In this document: positions 1 to 12,600 of the stretch, piece after piece
Numbering within the stretch: position 1 is the stretch's first letter
Layout of the letters: every line of letters begins with the position of its first letter
Origin: Paragordius varius
Lineage: Eukaryota > Animalia > Nematomorpha
Reading direction: 5' to 3'
Length of the DNA stretch: 64,000 bases
Assembly: GCA_964247055.1 (NCBI GenBank)
Contig: OZ176059.1
Location: 2,418,001 to 2,482,000 of the forward strand
Made by a program: the position numbers and the translations under genes
Notes under the pieces: generated by a model
What the model saw: only the letters and a program-made list of their open reading frames with translations
Databases searched by the model: none
Told to the model about the DNA's origin: nothing

Positions 1-49
1 ATTGAGTATTGATAAATTAAACTACAATATTTAACAAGGATATCAATAC

Positions 50-193
50 CCATTCATGACCATCCAATGGCTTTGAATATGTGCTAATAATTTCACCAAG
101 CCGTGATTGTACAATAGTTTGAGCAGATTTATATATGAAATGCTTTAAAAACTTTTGAATATTAGACGCATTCTCGCAAAACGGTTTATTCAT
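50..193 (-). CDS. ATG13: Autophagy-related protein 13, first coding exon (HORMA-domain N-terminus); gene continues beyond the left edge of the window
   Basis: ATG at 193 with an in-frame TAG 8 codons upstream. Translates MNKPFCENASNIQKFLKHFIYKSAQTIVQSRLGEIISTYSKPLDGHEW, then a GT donor at 49-48. Matches the ATG13 N-terminal motif (human [26 protein letters not shown]...GSDWF). Too short for the ORF track. Confidence 0.85.
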
Positions 194-754
194 TATGTCA
201 AAAGGCCCACTAGCCTATTACCATGTGATTATATGCGTTTCTTCGAAGACTAATGATGTGCATATGTACCATTCTTTGTAAGTTATATGGATGCATAGCT
301 TTTGATATTATTAATTATGCCATCCTATTTTTAACAGACATCTTAAATACCCAAAGCTAAATAAATAATTTTGAAAATAGTTAGGATATTAAGACAAATA
401 CAAATATACGCCTGAGTGCATCTAACGAAAAAATTTTCATTCTGCCATTTTTAGCAATTTTTATGCCGCTAATCAGTAAATTATTAGATTAATAAATCCC
501 GATAATTATTATCATAGGTTCTGCATAACAGAAAAACCTTTCGCATTTCAAATATCTTACAAATATTAATATATAACTACAGTATCGTGACCAGATATTT
601 TTTTTAACGGAGTACAAAATTTAAACATATTTTGCCTGTTTTTACAACAACGGTGTGGTATATTACACAGGTTCTACAAAAAATACCCTGATTAACTATA
701 CAGATTCTTATAGGAAATCAGAATTATCATACTTTTGGTTTCAACCTTTACGAG

Positions 755-1400
755 TTAAGGAAGTTAGTTACACTTTTGTGGTAAGGGCTCAGTATAAAAT
801 TGCAAAGGTGGACAATATTTCAAATTTTTTCAAAAGCTAATTGCTTTATTTAAAATATATCACTAAAATATATCATATATAACAAATCAAAACAATATTT
901 TTAAAATTTTAAATTTTTAGATGTGGGCTCTGAAACCAAATTTTTTGGCTCTTTTGAAATAGACTATTCTCTTAAAATAAACGCAAAAATTGCATTGTGC
1001 AATATTTTAAATATAGGCTAAATTTTGACATCAACCAAATATATTTTTAGAAAAATGCATATTTTCAAAAATTTAATTTTTAGCAAAATTTTGTTGAAGT
1101 CAAAACACTATTTTGAGATGGAAAAGATAAACGGTTGAGATGTTATATATAATTTGATAATGCTAATACACCCAAAATTTTGATTGAAATATTAGTTCGT
1201 TTTCAAATTTATGTTAATAAAATTGGTTTTTTTACAAATTTACCAAAGCAAACACACTAAATTAAAATTCTTATAGTAATGTTCAACATCATCGAATTAT
1301 TTAGAAAAAGGGTTTTATATCTCAAATCGTTATGCAGTTTCCATCATTCATCGAAATAGTTAAAAGTACGCTTTAACAAACTCAAATATGTTTATGCAAA
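755..1400 (+). repeat. Dispersed ~650-bp repeat, probably a non-autonomous DNA transposon; second copy at ~27990-28640
   Basis: Collinear similarity between the two loci (CTTTTGTGGTAAG..., ACAATATTTTTAAAA, GCTCTGAAA, AATAAACGCAAAAAT, TATATATAATTTGAT). No coding capacity. Confidence 0.65.
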
Positions 1401-1659
1401 AAATTAAGAAAACTAATAAAAAAAAAGTTTAAATCATACCTCCCACCTAATGAGTATAGAAAATGTAACTCTGAATTAATTTATACGAAAAAAAGGTTGA
1501 AATCATATACCATATATAATAAATAAATAATATATTACGGGAATAACAATTTTATATATAATTTTCCGTTTGGTAATTATGACAAAAAATGAACTTTTCT
1601 AAGCTTGATCAAACGTTTATTAAAATAATCTAAATTAATTTTGTTAATTTTAAATTTTG

Positions 1660-1810
1660 AGGCTCTTTTTGCGGAAGTCCTGAGCGAAAGAGCCATTAGC
1701 CTGAATCTTGCGGTGGAATCCGAGATTTATAGTTTATCACTGCGCGAAAGGCTGAATCATAAGCAAATTGACCGATCCGAAATCCAATTTTCTGTATAAT
1801 TCGAGCAGGA
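1660..1810. other. GC-rich, hairpin-rich island: candidate promoter of ATG13 or an unidentified ncRNA
   Basis: Stems GGCTCTTT/AAAGAGCC, AATCT.GCGG/CCG.AGATT and AGCCT/AGGCT. ETS-like CGGAAGT at ~1672. Confidence 0.35.
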
Positions 1811-3239
1811 AATAAAAAAATAATCATTTTAAAATAGGCCCATTCTTAGTTATTTACCGCAAAATAAACCATTTCTTTACAAATTAGGGGTTTTTTTTAC
1901 AGAGGGTACCATAAAACATAAAATAACTTTTTTGAATAATAAAAGGTATTTAATATATATTTATAAAAATTATATTTTTTATATCTTCCAAAAGCAGTAT
2001 AAAAGAGCGCAGTACAGTCGCAGTCTTTTTATGAAAATCCAGTACTGTACTGCAAAAAACAGCATATCTGGTCACATTAAACAAGAAAAATGCAAAACTT
2101 TCTCCATTAACCGTACTGGTAAATTTAATATTATAATTACTATTTATACATTTAAATAGGTATTGTCTTAAACTAGTTAAAGAATTAGACATTCTTTAAG
2201 ACTATTGGTTGTAAAAAATTATTTTTAGGTTTTTAAATATTTAATTGATTGAATTTATAGACTGCTATCGGTTTTTCTGGATATATGTTTGTAATGCGTC
2301 CTGCCGTTTTTTGAGTCAAAAGTTCGGACCGTAAAATGTGTTTGTCAACCTTGATCTAGAAATTGAGCTTTAAACTGGATAAATGATATATTATCTTATA
2401 AATGAACTTATTTTGTAACAAAATATTGCCTTTTAATCAATGTTATTGATTCCAAATATGGATTTTTAGCATTGTTGCTATTAAGGCTTCTTACCTTTTT
2501 GGGAGTTTTACAGATCCATTCATATATCTTATAAAGTATCTCTGTTATTGAAATAATAAGCATGCATTCTTTAGCCTTTAGGTGCATGTGTCAAATTTTT
2601 TTGTATTAATTTTCATCTCATAACATCTTCGTAACCAATTTTTTACTTTGGAGTCTTTTTAACGCTTATAGGACAGGCAAATAAAATATATTAATATAAA
2701 AGTAAGTAAACTTTGGTACTTTGAATTACATTCTACAAGCATTTTAAAAAAATAGATGTTTGCCTCAATTGTGTTTTGATATTATAATTTGGGACTTTGA
2801 AAGTTTAAACTGTAAAAAATAAATCCTGAAAAAATATTTTATTATTCAAAAAAAGAATATCAGCATATTTTCATCATTAAGGGGTATCGTTTTTCCCTAT
2901 TTTAATGGTAATTGTATTTGATGATCAAAATTTTGTTGTTTTGATATCATATTATAATTCATTTACCTTAAAAATTGGCTTACAATACATATTAAATAAT
3001 GCAATATTGAGGTACTTTTTTCATGGGTATGCATATACACTCCTATAATAAATTACGAAAACAATCCTTAATAAGTTGGCTTAGATTTCGTTTAACTACT
3101 TTTTTGAAGGCGGGAAATGGTCGATCATTACTTAAAAGATATTTTCATATATATTTATAATGACACATGCCCAAATATGGGATAATAATCATTAACATAA
3201 AATTCTCCAACAAAATTAGTTTATCCAATAAAAATATTA

Positions 3240-4916
3240 ATGTGTCATAAAACAGACTTGTTACAGGGATACGGATTGTTGGTTGATATTCCACTACTTT
3301 TAAATCCTATTTTGCATAAATTATATACTTAATAATTCGCACTCATGTAAGAATCCAAAATAAAACAGTATAAATTTTTTACACATTCATAAACCAGATG
3401 ACAAAAAAATGTAAAAATATAAAACAATATTTTTTGGTTTTATGTTGATATATAAGTTTTTTTTACTGAATAAAATATGGATGTTAAGATTTTAATAGTG
3501 AGTTTAGGTAGTATAAATATAGTATCATCAAATATTTTTTTTAAATGTGTCAAAAGAAAAACGCCATCTTTTGAGCTTAAATTATATAGAAATCCTAACT
3601 ATATGATTTTAGGCTATTGAAAATATCTCCTAAAATGATAATAAACTATAATATTTCAAATTTTATCATTATTTTTTGATTTACCCTAATTTTCACTTTT
3701 TGCCCGATTTCGATTTTCTCTCAATATTTCAAAAACCAGGTTGTTAGCAAATAAAATTTTTTTCGGCAAATGAATACGCTGGTCATTAGCTATCTCACAA
3801 AAAAAAATTTTCGTTAAATCAAAATGACCCGCTTATATATATATATATATACATATATTGTGTGCAAAAACAGAGGGTTAATTTTTTTAACAAAATTTTT
3901 TTTATCATGAGATAGCTTATAACAAGTTAACATTTGCCGCAAAACTTTTAATTTGTTGACGACCTAGTTTTTGAAATATTAAGAGAAAATAGAAATAGGG
4001 CAAAAAAAATTAATAATTAAGGATAATTTAAATAATAATGATGTTGAGATATTATCGTTGATAATCTATAAAACTATAGAAAATAATTTTTTTAATTATT
4101 TACTTTCTAAGCTAACTATTAAAATGTTAACATTCATATTTTTTTCAAAAAAATTTCTATGTCAAAATAAAACTAAAAATAGTGTTTTTTGTAATCTGGT
4201 TTATAAGTTTATGAAAAATTTATACTGTTTTATTTTGGAATCTTAAATGAGTGGGAGTTATAAAGTATATAATACATGCAAAATAGATTTAAAAGTAGTG
4301 GAATATCAACTAACAATCCGTAGAAATCCATGTACAGGTTTATTATAACACAAATTAATAACTGGGATATGTACAGATATTTGGTTGTTCCGCTAATTAA
4401 AAATTCTATTTTGCATAAAATATACACTTTATAACTTCAATTCATGTAAGATTCCAAAATAGAACAATATAAATTTTTTGCACACTCATAAACCAGATGA
4501 CAGAAAAATAAAAAACAATATTTTTTAGTTTCATTTTGTCTTAGTAGTTTTTTTAACCGAATAAAATATGAATGTTAAGATTTTAATAGTGAGTTTAGCT
4601 AGTAAATAATTAAAAAAATTATTTTAATATAGTTTCATAAAATTAATTAACGTTTAAGTGCGTTAAGAGAAAAACGTCATTTTTTGAACTGAGATTTTAT
4701 GGAAACCCTATTTATATGATGGCTATTTATATGAAAATACCTCCTAAAATGATAATCACCCAACTATAATTATTTTTTGAATTATCCTTAATTTTCATTT
4801 TTGCCTTATTTTGAATATCTCTTAATTCAAAAACTAGTTCATAAATAAATATAAAATTTATAGGGCAAATGAATACGCTGGTTAAGCTATCTCATGAGAA
4901 AAAATTTTTTTGCCAC

Positions 4917-4920
<4 letters not shown>
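3240..4920. repeat. Three diverged copies of a ~550-bp unit in alternating orientation (+ 3240-3830, - 3860-4330, + 4380-4920); fold-back/MITE-like, bounded by (TA)n
   Basis: Shared blocks CATAAACCAGATGAC, GTTAAGATTTTAATAGTGAGTTTAG and GGCAAATGAATACGCTGG, with their reverse complements in the middle copy. Termini TGTGTGCAAAAA / TTTTTTGCCACACAG. Confidence 0.75.
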
Positions 4921-4947
<27 letters not shown>

Positions 4948-4951
4948 TTTA

Positions 4952-5743
4952 CAGTGGTATTCACAATCAGCCACTAAGCCGCATGCGGCACAGAAATGGT
5001 TTTCATTGCCCTAAACTATTATTACCTAATTTTTTTAAATAGAAGGTTGTTTTGGAATACACATAAGTGATAAATTATTATTAATTTTGATTATTTAATT
5101 TTTTTATTTGGTTAAAATTTCGTAAGTTTAATTATATTGAAATTATATTATGGATATATTTTACGGTTTTTTGCTCGAAATTAATTACCTATATTATGCT
5201 TGTTCAAAATTAGAGAATATATGGCGAATATTAGGCAACTTATGCAATTCGGTTTCGATCAAGCGCATGTAGTTGGATCTCAATAATATTTCCAATTTAG
5301 GAGTCTCATTCAAAACTCAGAAAAGAAAATATATTGAGTTTTGGCAAGATATGTCAAGAACTAAAAAAAACATATTTATATTATTCATATTTTCTACCGT
5401 CCCCCAAATCGTTATTTTAAAAATACGTAGAGAAATCGGTCCGAAGCTCATATGGATGATTTAAATTTGTCCTGTTATGATAAAAAACAGTTTGTATAAA
5501 ATTGTTGATTATTTTGGGCGGTAATTAATAAATGTCATTATCAAAAAAATTTCGTATGCTAAATGAAACAAGTGACATTGAAGTTGCTATTTGTATGCTA
5601 CCCGCAAAAAAACTCGTTCTGATTATATATACAAATATCTGCATACGTGTCAATCGGCTGTGTTGTTGGTATCATATAATGTTGGCCCTTGAGACAAAAA
5701 ATGTTTTTTATCGGCCGGTCAATTTTTTTGGTGAGTATGACTG
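4952..5743 (+). mobile_element. Decayed hAT (Charlie/SPIN-like) element with a remnant of the transposase C-terminus
   Basis: Imperfect TIRs CAGTGGTATTCAC / GTGAGTATGACTG and subterminal GCCGCATGCGGC. Broken frames ...EFWQDMSRTKK...FIFSTVP... and KKFRMLNETSDIEVAICMLPAKKLV resemble the hAT dimerisation region. No clear TSD. Confidence 0.5.
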
Positions 5744-7005
5744 GTATATAGAGAATTAAAAAATTTATATCCCTTAATTTTGTACAAATTTTTTATATAT
5801 ATCATCAAGTAATAGAAAAATTTATAAAGCTATCTTTAATATCTAATTATACCGATCGAATTTATTAAAAAATAGCTTATTAACATCAAATATTTAAGGT
5901 TCAATTTTTAAATTGTATAGGAATTTTAATCTACAAAATAATAAAATTCCAATATTTTTATTTTAAAAAACAATTTCATAAACTAACCTATAGGTCCAGA
6001 TAAAAATTTGTGGTCAACATAAAGGAATAGACGCGGTGCTGTACATAACGTTTATTATAAATGTTAAAAAATTATTTTATTATATGTTCCCTTAATTAAT
6101 AGGTGATTTTTGCATATATTCCTTAAATAGATGGCCTTTAAAATTCTATCGATAGCATGGACCAAAGATTAAATATTTTTTTGGATATTTGCTATTGTAA
6201 GCTTAGGCATTCAAATTTTGACTAATTGGTACAATATATAGTTCAAAAGGTTTATATAAAATAAATTATTTATAGGGTAAAATATGGCCCTTTTTATGTG
6301 AACTAACAGCAAAGGCCAGTTTGACTAATGATGCAAACTGCAATTTTTGCAAATTTTATTGAATTTTCTATTGAATAAAAATATAATAAGTTGCATAATA
6401 GATATCTATCTCTTAATTTTATTAATCAAGCTCGTTTGATTTGTTCCTTTCAGCCTAATTAACTTTTTTAATTTAAAAATTCTAACCCATACACAATATT
6501 TATGCATTATTAACTAAAATTTGGTTTGAAATAAAAAGTTTTCATAAAAAATTTTTTGGCAAAAGAGGAAATACCTTTTCAACCCACAATTTTCCCATAT
6601 AAAGCATTTAATTTAATAACTATTTTTAATTTTATATGATTGAGTGTTAAATGCGTTATCAATTCACATATCTATAGCTTAATTTGGAATCCAATAAGAT
6701 GGCCTGTATTTTAATAGGAAAAATTAGGTTTTAAAAAAGTATGTTTGTTTTTTGGAAAAAATATTTGTCCTAATGATTTTAAATTTTGTCTCTATAATTC
6801 ATTTTTTACTGCAAAAGGATTCAGATATAAAAATTTGGTGCCGTGATTGATTTTACACGTTTTTATATGCCTCAGTTCTTTTCTATACTCTCTATGGTAT
6901 TATTGAACACTATTTCAAACAAAAAGGGATATTAAAAATTTGGATAGAGCCAAAACACCTATCAATACATTGTAATTTACACATAATATTGGATTAACAA
7001 AAAAT

Positions 7006-7173
7006 TACCGTAGCGTATGGCATAAAACAATATTAGTCCATAAAAAATGTTTTTTTTTAAAAAAAACAAAGGGCTATTATGGATATGGGTATATGCAACT
7101 AGGCTTGTTTTTTAAAAAAACATTTTTTCATTTCTTTGTGGATTAATATTGTTTTATGCCATACACTACTGTA
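7006..7173. mobile_element. Tc1/mariner-type MITE (~170 bp, TA|CAGTAGCGTATGG termini); other copies at 18940-19114, 25298-25473, 25633-25791, partial at ~22585-22650
   Basis: Near-perfect palindromes TACAGT(A/G)GCGTATGGCATAAAACAATATTAGTCCATAAAA ... TTTTATGGACTAATATTGTTTTATGCCATACGCTACTGTA, flanked by TA. Confidence 0.8.
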
Positions 7174-7902
7174 ATTTTACGAAATGGTAGCCAAAGGCTT
7201 CACACATTTGCAATTCATTACATGATGTAAAAAATGTAAATAAGAAATTTATTCAAGATGGTCAGCAATAAATGCAAAAATATAATAATGACAAATAGTT
7301 ATGTAATAAAGGTAATTAAAAATTAAAGTAATTAAATAAAAAAATGCATATAAAAACAAGGTAACAAAAAATCAACAAAAATGGACAATAAAAATATGGT
7401 CAAGTCGAATTAGAGGGGTGATTAACGTCCGAAAATAACATTAAATTACAATATAAAATAAAATAAGTATTGTTAACAAATTAAAATGTAATGTTAATGA
7501 ATATAAGCAGAGTAGGCAAATAACGCAAAAAAATAGCATGATGAAAATAAATGCCCTTAAATATCAAGAAAATTAATTTATAAAATAAATATAAATATGT
7601 GTCAATAGCAAAAATCAAAAAAGGATCAGGATATAATTGAAAATATTGTGCAAAAAAGTACCAATCAGACTGATCTCACTTATCTTGCATATGAAATTAT
7701 TCTTTTCAATATATATTTGTATAATTCTGTTGAAAATATTTAGATTTATAGTATTATAACATGTATAAAATTTAGCATTTGTGTACATTTTTTAAGCTAA
7801 AGGCTTATTCAAGAAAAAGTATACTGGGTAATGTGATTCATTTTATTAATGGTAAATTAATTTTATATTTTAAATACATATATATATATATATATATATA
7901 TA

Positions 7903-9610
7903 TCATTTTGTAGATAAATGTTGAAATGTATTTATCATGTCTCTAACCCTATTACGCTTAATTGTTGTATTATTCATATTAATAATGTTATTGGCTGTCG
8001 TCTTGTCAGTTCGTATTATTTCATTGATTGGTTCCTTAATAACTGGCAATGATCCATCATTTAATTTTACGTTTGTTTGTATCTCAGTCATAGCTGATAA
8101 TAGAGGTGAGCCATTCTAATATATAATATACATATTAGCATTTCAATGTTGATAATTCAACATTATAGTTGCCAATTGGCACCACAGTAGTGTATGGAAA
8201 AAACAACAAAAAGTTGAAATTGAACAATAATATACAATCTTACAACAGCTATGGACAAAATTTTTTGTTGTTTTTTCCAATACACTTCTGCTTTGTCCCG
8301 ATTAAACAACTCTAGTGTGTGAATGAGTCAGCTTTAAAATGCATACTATATACAAGATTTTTTTAATATCATAAGAATATCAAGAAATGGGTGATGAATT
8401 AATTGATGATCATATAACATTTTATTGGTTATTATTCCGGTAATCGAAAAATGAATAGCCATTTTTTTGGTTAAAACTACCCAAAAAAACCCAATGCATA
8501 GGAATAAAAAAGTTCTTAGGACCATTTGAAGCGCATATATTAACTAGAACCTAATAACACCATAAAAAAATATTTTATTGCGTATGGACGTTTTTCTCGA
8601 AAACCTTTTGTTTATATAAATAAAGGCAATTTTAATATTAACTATTGTTTTACTGCGTAGTTTTTTCCAGTTATTTTTCTTGTTTAAATAGTTCCATTGT
8701 GTAAATTAATTAGAGGGAGGGGGGAGTTTAGATTATTCTCATTTTCTTTCAAAAAATTTTTCCAACGCCCAAAACTACATCATGTATGTCCGAATTTGTT
8801 CATTAGATGGGATAGATGTATACTACAAAGTTATCATGGAATGCTCGCGTGATTACCCCTTTACCCATGGAATTCAAAAAATAAATTTATTAGCATTAGT
8901 GATTCTTAGTGGTCCAAAACTAATTATTAATCTTTTGTTTTTTTAAAATAATTAAATAGTATTTAAATGAACATTTAAAGGTAAATTAGGCCTGGACAGG
9001 AAGGCAGACGACTGTATTAGTATACTATTCTCATGATAAAATTTGGGATCCTTAACCTTTAATCATAAAAAGGGAATAATCTAAACACCAGGCGTGTCCA
9101 ATACAAATGGCTTTGCGGGCCGAATTTCAGGCTTCAAAAAATTCAACGGGTGGCTAACATATGGGAATTAATTAATATAAAACTACTGTGTAGAATTCTA
9201 TTTATTTTGCCCATCATTTTTACGAATTCATTGCCTTAAGTCAAAAAGAACTATTAACAAAATTTGTTTAAAAAATAATTTTTACTTTAATTTCATACAA
9301 AATTCAACATTTACTTAAAAATGTATGCATATTTTTTGTCCCTATATTTTAAGTTTGTTTATAGGCAACCGATAATCAAAAGGAGGCAAAATTAATCAGT
9401 TGTTCGATACCCTTTTGGTTTTACGAAATATATCATTGATATTTATTTTGGATATCCTATACTGTATCTAAAAAAATACCTTATTTATAAAATTATAAAC
9501 ATATCTTCCCTACAAATATAAGAATAGTAAACACCAATAATTTAAAATCGAGGAATAAATAGCAGTTGTTCCAACAATTCAAATTATTTGTGAGCAAAAC
9601 TGAAATACAA

Positions 9611-9647
<37 letters not shown>

Positions 9648-12600
9648 TTATTTTTTCGCAAAACCGGGGATAATAATATTATATATACAACATTTCCTTG
9701 CAGAAATATATAATCCTTATCATTTAATATTTATTTAGGGAAAATTAAATATTCAATTTACCTCGGAAGCAAATTCCAATTGTTGTACCATTTCATCACT
9801 TGATAGCGAGTTGTTACGTGTTGACCATGGTCTTTTGTTTCTATATATATATATATATAACAATTAACAACGCATCTTATAAAGCATTAACCACTATAAA
9901 CCAAATGGCTACAGATTTAATAGGAATTTTATTTTTTATACAATTTTAAAAAAATGCATTGGCAAAAATATATATCACACCGAACAGAGCGATATAAAAA
10001 TAATTTACCGAAACACAATTTTCGGGTCCCAATCTCTACCTTTTTAATATAAACACTTAAATATATTATTATGATTCAATTAAATTTGGAAGCTTTGACA
10101 ATATTATGTAACTTCACAAAATCTAATTAAAACAGTGATGATAATTTAATTCAGATAAATTATAAGTAAAGAATCAATAAGTTGTCAACTAATTTAATTT
10201 CTTTTGGTTTTCACTGTTCTGAATCATTTATTCTCCCCTCTAAATCCCAAAATAAAAAAACCAGTGAATCAATAAAAAATCATATAATTGGATATATATA
10301 TAGTCATGTATCCTTTATTTTCTCAAAAATTTTTTTTCGTTAAATGGGTATATATATTTGGTAAAGAATGGAAAAAACAAGAGCTATATGGTATTTTTAT
10401 ACTTTTTGATCAATATGATATTGTTAATACCATAGAGCTCTTGTTTTTATCCATTCTTTAACAAATATTTACACCCATTTAAAGAAAGAAAATAAATTTT
10501 ATAAAAAATAAAGGATAGACTGTATGTATTTATGTACAAAAGTAATTTTAATCCTTTCTTACTGTTTAATCAAAGATAGTGATGATGATGATGTAACGCA
10601 CATGGTTAGCGGATCATTTTTACTGACCTGTAACATTGACAACCGGTTTTCCGTCATAACCGGTGTTTCATAACCGCTATTAATAGAAGAAGCGGGTAAT
10701 ATTCGATTACTTACCCCTAGAGCTTTAGCATGTAAGGGTGGCTTATTATTCGTAATAGCTTTCTGTTTAACGTTCTTATCTCGTTGTCGACTGCATGGTT
10801 GTGGTATATTATTAATATGATTATTGGGGCTAGGTTGCAGTATAAAACAAGATTTTGGTCGAGCCGTAAGTATAGGGGGATGTTCACGCATTATATTGTG
10901 GGGCGTCTTTTTATCTTGTATATACAGTTAGTGTGAGTAAAGTAATAAATTGGGACTTTTTTCCCTAATTTTTGCCAGAAGGCATTAATAAATACGGCAA
11001 AGGGCAATATAATTGGCAAATAATTTTTTTTATGTTTATTACTGGATATGCTATCTAGCATATCTGATCAAATAAAAACTGGCAATAGACTTTCATTCAT
11101 ATTATATATATATATATATATATATATTGTGTGTGTTAATATGTTTTGTTAGATATTAATACCCTATTAATATGTTTTGTAAGATATTAATACCCTAAAA
11201 AATAGTTTACTAACAGTCCAAAATCCGACAAATAACAATTTTATATTATTTTACTATAAATAAAAAAAATATAATCCAAACATGGTTAACAGATCTTTAA
11301 TCTCTTTGTAAAAAAACTGCAATATTATTTAAGCGCATAATTAGTCTTAAATATGTTTGCTGTATAAATTAACTTTTGAATCGTCTGCGCTAAACATAAA
11401 TGAATTTATCATATTTTATTTTAATTCATTTCGATCCAGTGTTTTACACATAAAAGAGATTTTTAACTGTATATACCTCCTTTGAATTGGTCCTTTGTAT
11501 CAATGGACGATATAAAATTAATCTCGGGTCCAAGGCTGTTATCACTTTTTGGTGAAGGAAAACATACATAATTTTTGCTCTTTGGGAGGGTGCTATTGTT
11601 TCTTTCACCAATGTTTATAATGCCGCGAGTATCATGAAATATAGGGTTTGTAATGATACTCGATTGTACCTTATCATCAATGTTATGGTGTTGAGGAGTA
11701 GTTGTAACAAATAATGAAGAATATGATGATGATGATGATGAGTCAACACTATTTTTATGAGTGTCCTGCTTTTTATCATTATCATAATGGGTTGTTTTAA
11801 CATAATTTTGTGTTGGTAATTTCAGTACTATGTTAGTGGCTGTTGAAACGCGCCTATTAAATAATAAGCCATCATTAATGGGAGAAATATTCGTATCTGA
11901 AGCGCATGTAGGCACCTTTTGGGGATCCCTAAGTATAAAACCATTGTAAACGTATGTTGTTGATGGCTCAATAGTAGTATTACGTTGTGATGATGTTGAA
12001 ATAGTACCAGTATTTGTGGTTGAAGTGTTAGAACTGGTTATTAAGGCTATTACTTGGGAATTTGAATTAAACTTATTGTCATTAAAGTTATTTGTAAAAC
12101 TATCCTTTTCAATCTTCTTGGAACTTGTCAAGGGATCATTAGAATTATTAATTAATGGTGAATGAGTTGTGGTAGGATTATGAGAGGACGGACACCCAGG
12201 CCTTGTAGGTGATTCTAAATGCGTTATAAATACGTTAATATCCTTGTTTTTGGGTTTTCTTTCATTAACGGTATCATTGGTAGTTGCGTTGGAGAGATGC
12301 CTCTCAGATATATTTTGTGTGTTAGATTCCCATAAACGATTGATTTCAGATAGAATATCGTTTTCATTGCTAATGTATGGTGGATTTGTCTCAATTACAT
12401 CCAAATGCTTACTTGGACAGGTAGGTAGGCAAACAGTGTCAACATATGCGCCGTTGTTTTGCTTTAAATTATTGTCATTATTAACATGATTTGTACCAGG
12501 GTAATCGATTTTAGGTTCATATTTAGACATTTTATCATTATTTATTTTGGGGCTTTTGTTTGATAAGTTATTTAAAGGTCCAGTAGTATCATTTTTATCA

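Noticed and set aside
1670-1770. Hammerhead or RNase P/MRP interpretation of GGAAGTCCTGAGCGAAAG
   Set aside because: It lacks the CUGAnGA core, and the putative P4 partner is only ~80 nt away with no room for the P1-P3 helices.
1932-2700. Exon-like segments on both strands (plus ORF 1932-2159 with a GT donor at ~2120 and an acceptor at ~2260; minus fragments vaguely piggyBac-like)
   Set aside because: Every frame combination hits stops within a few codons and no recognisable motif is convincing; this could be a decayed TE or pseudogene.
10840-10891. RPK(6x)P segment (HPPILTARPKSCFILQP) as a capping-protein-interaction motif
   Set aside because: Upstream Leu/His/Thr spacing does not match LxHxTxxRPK.
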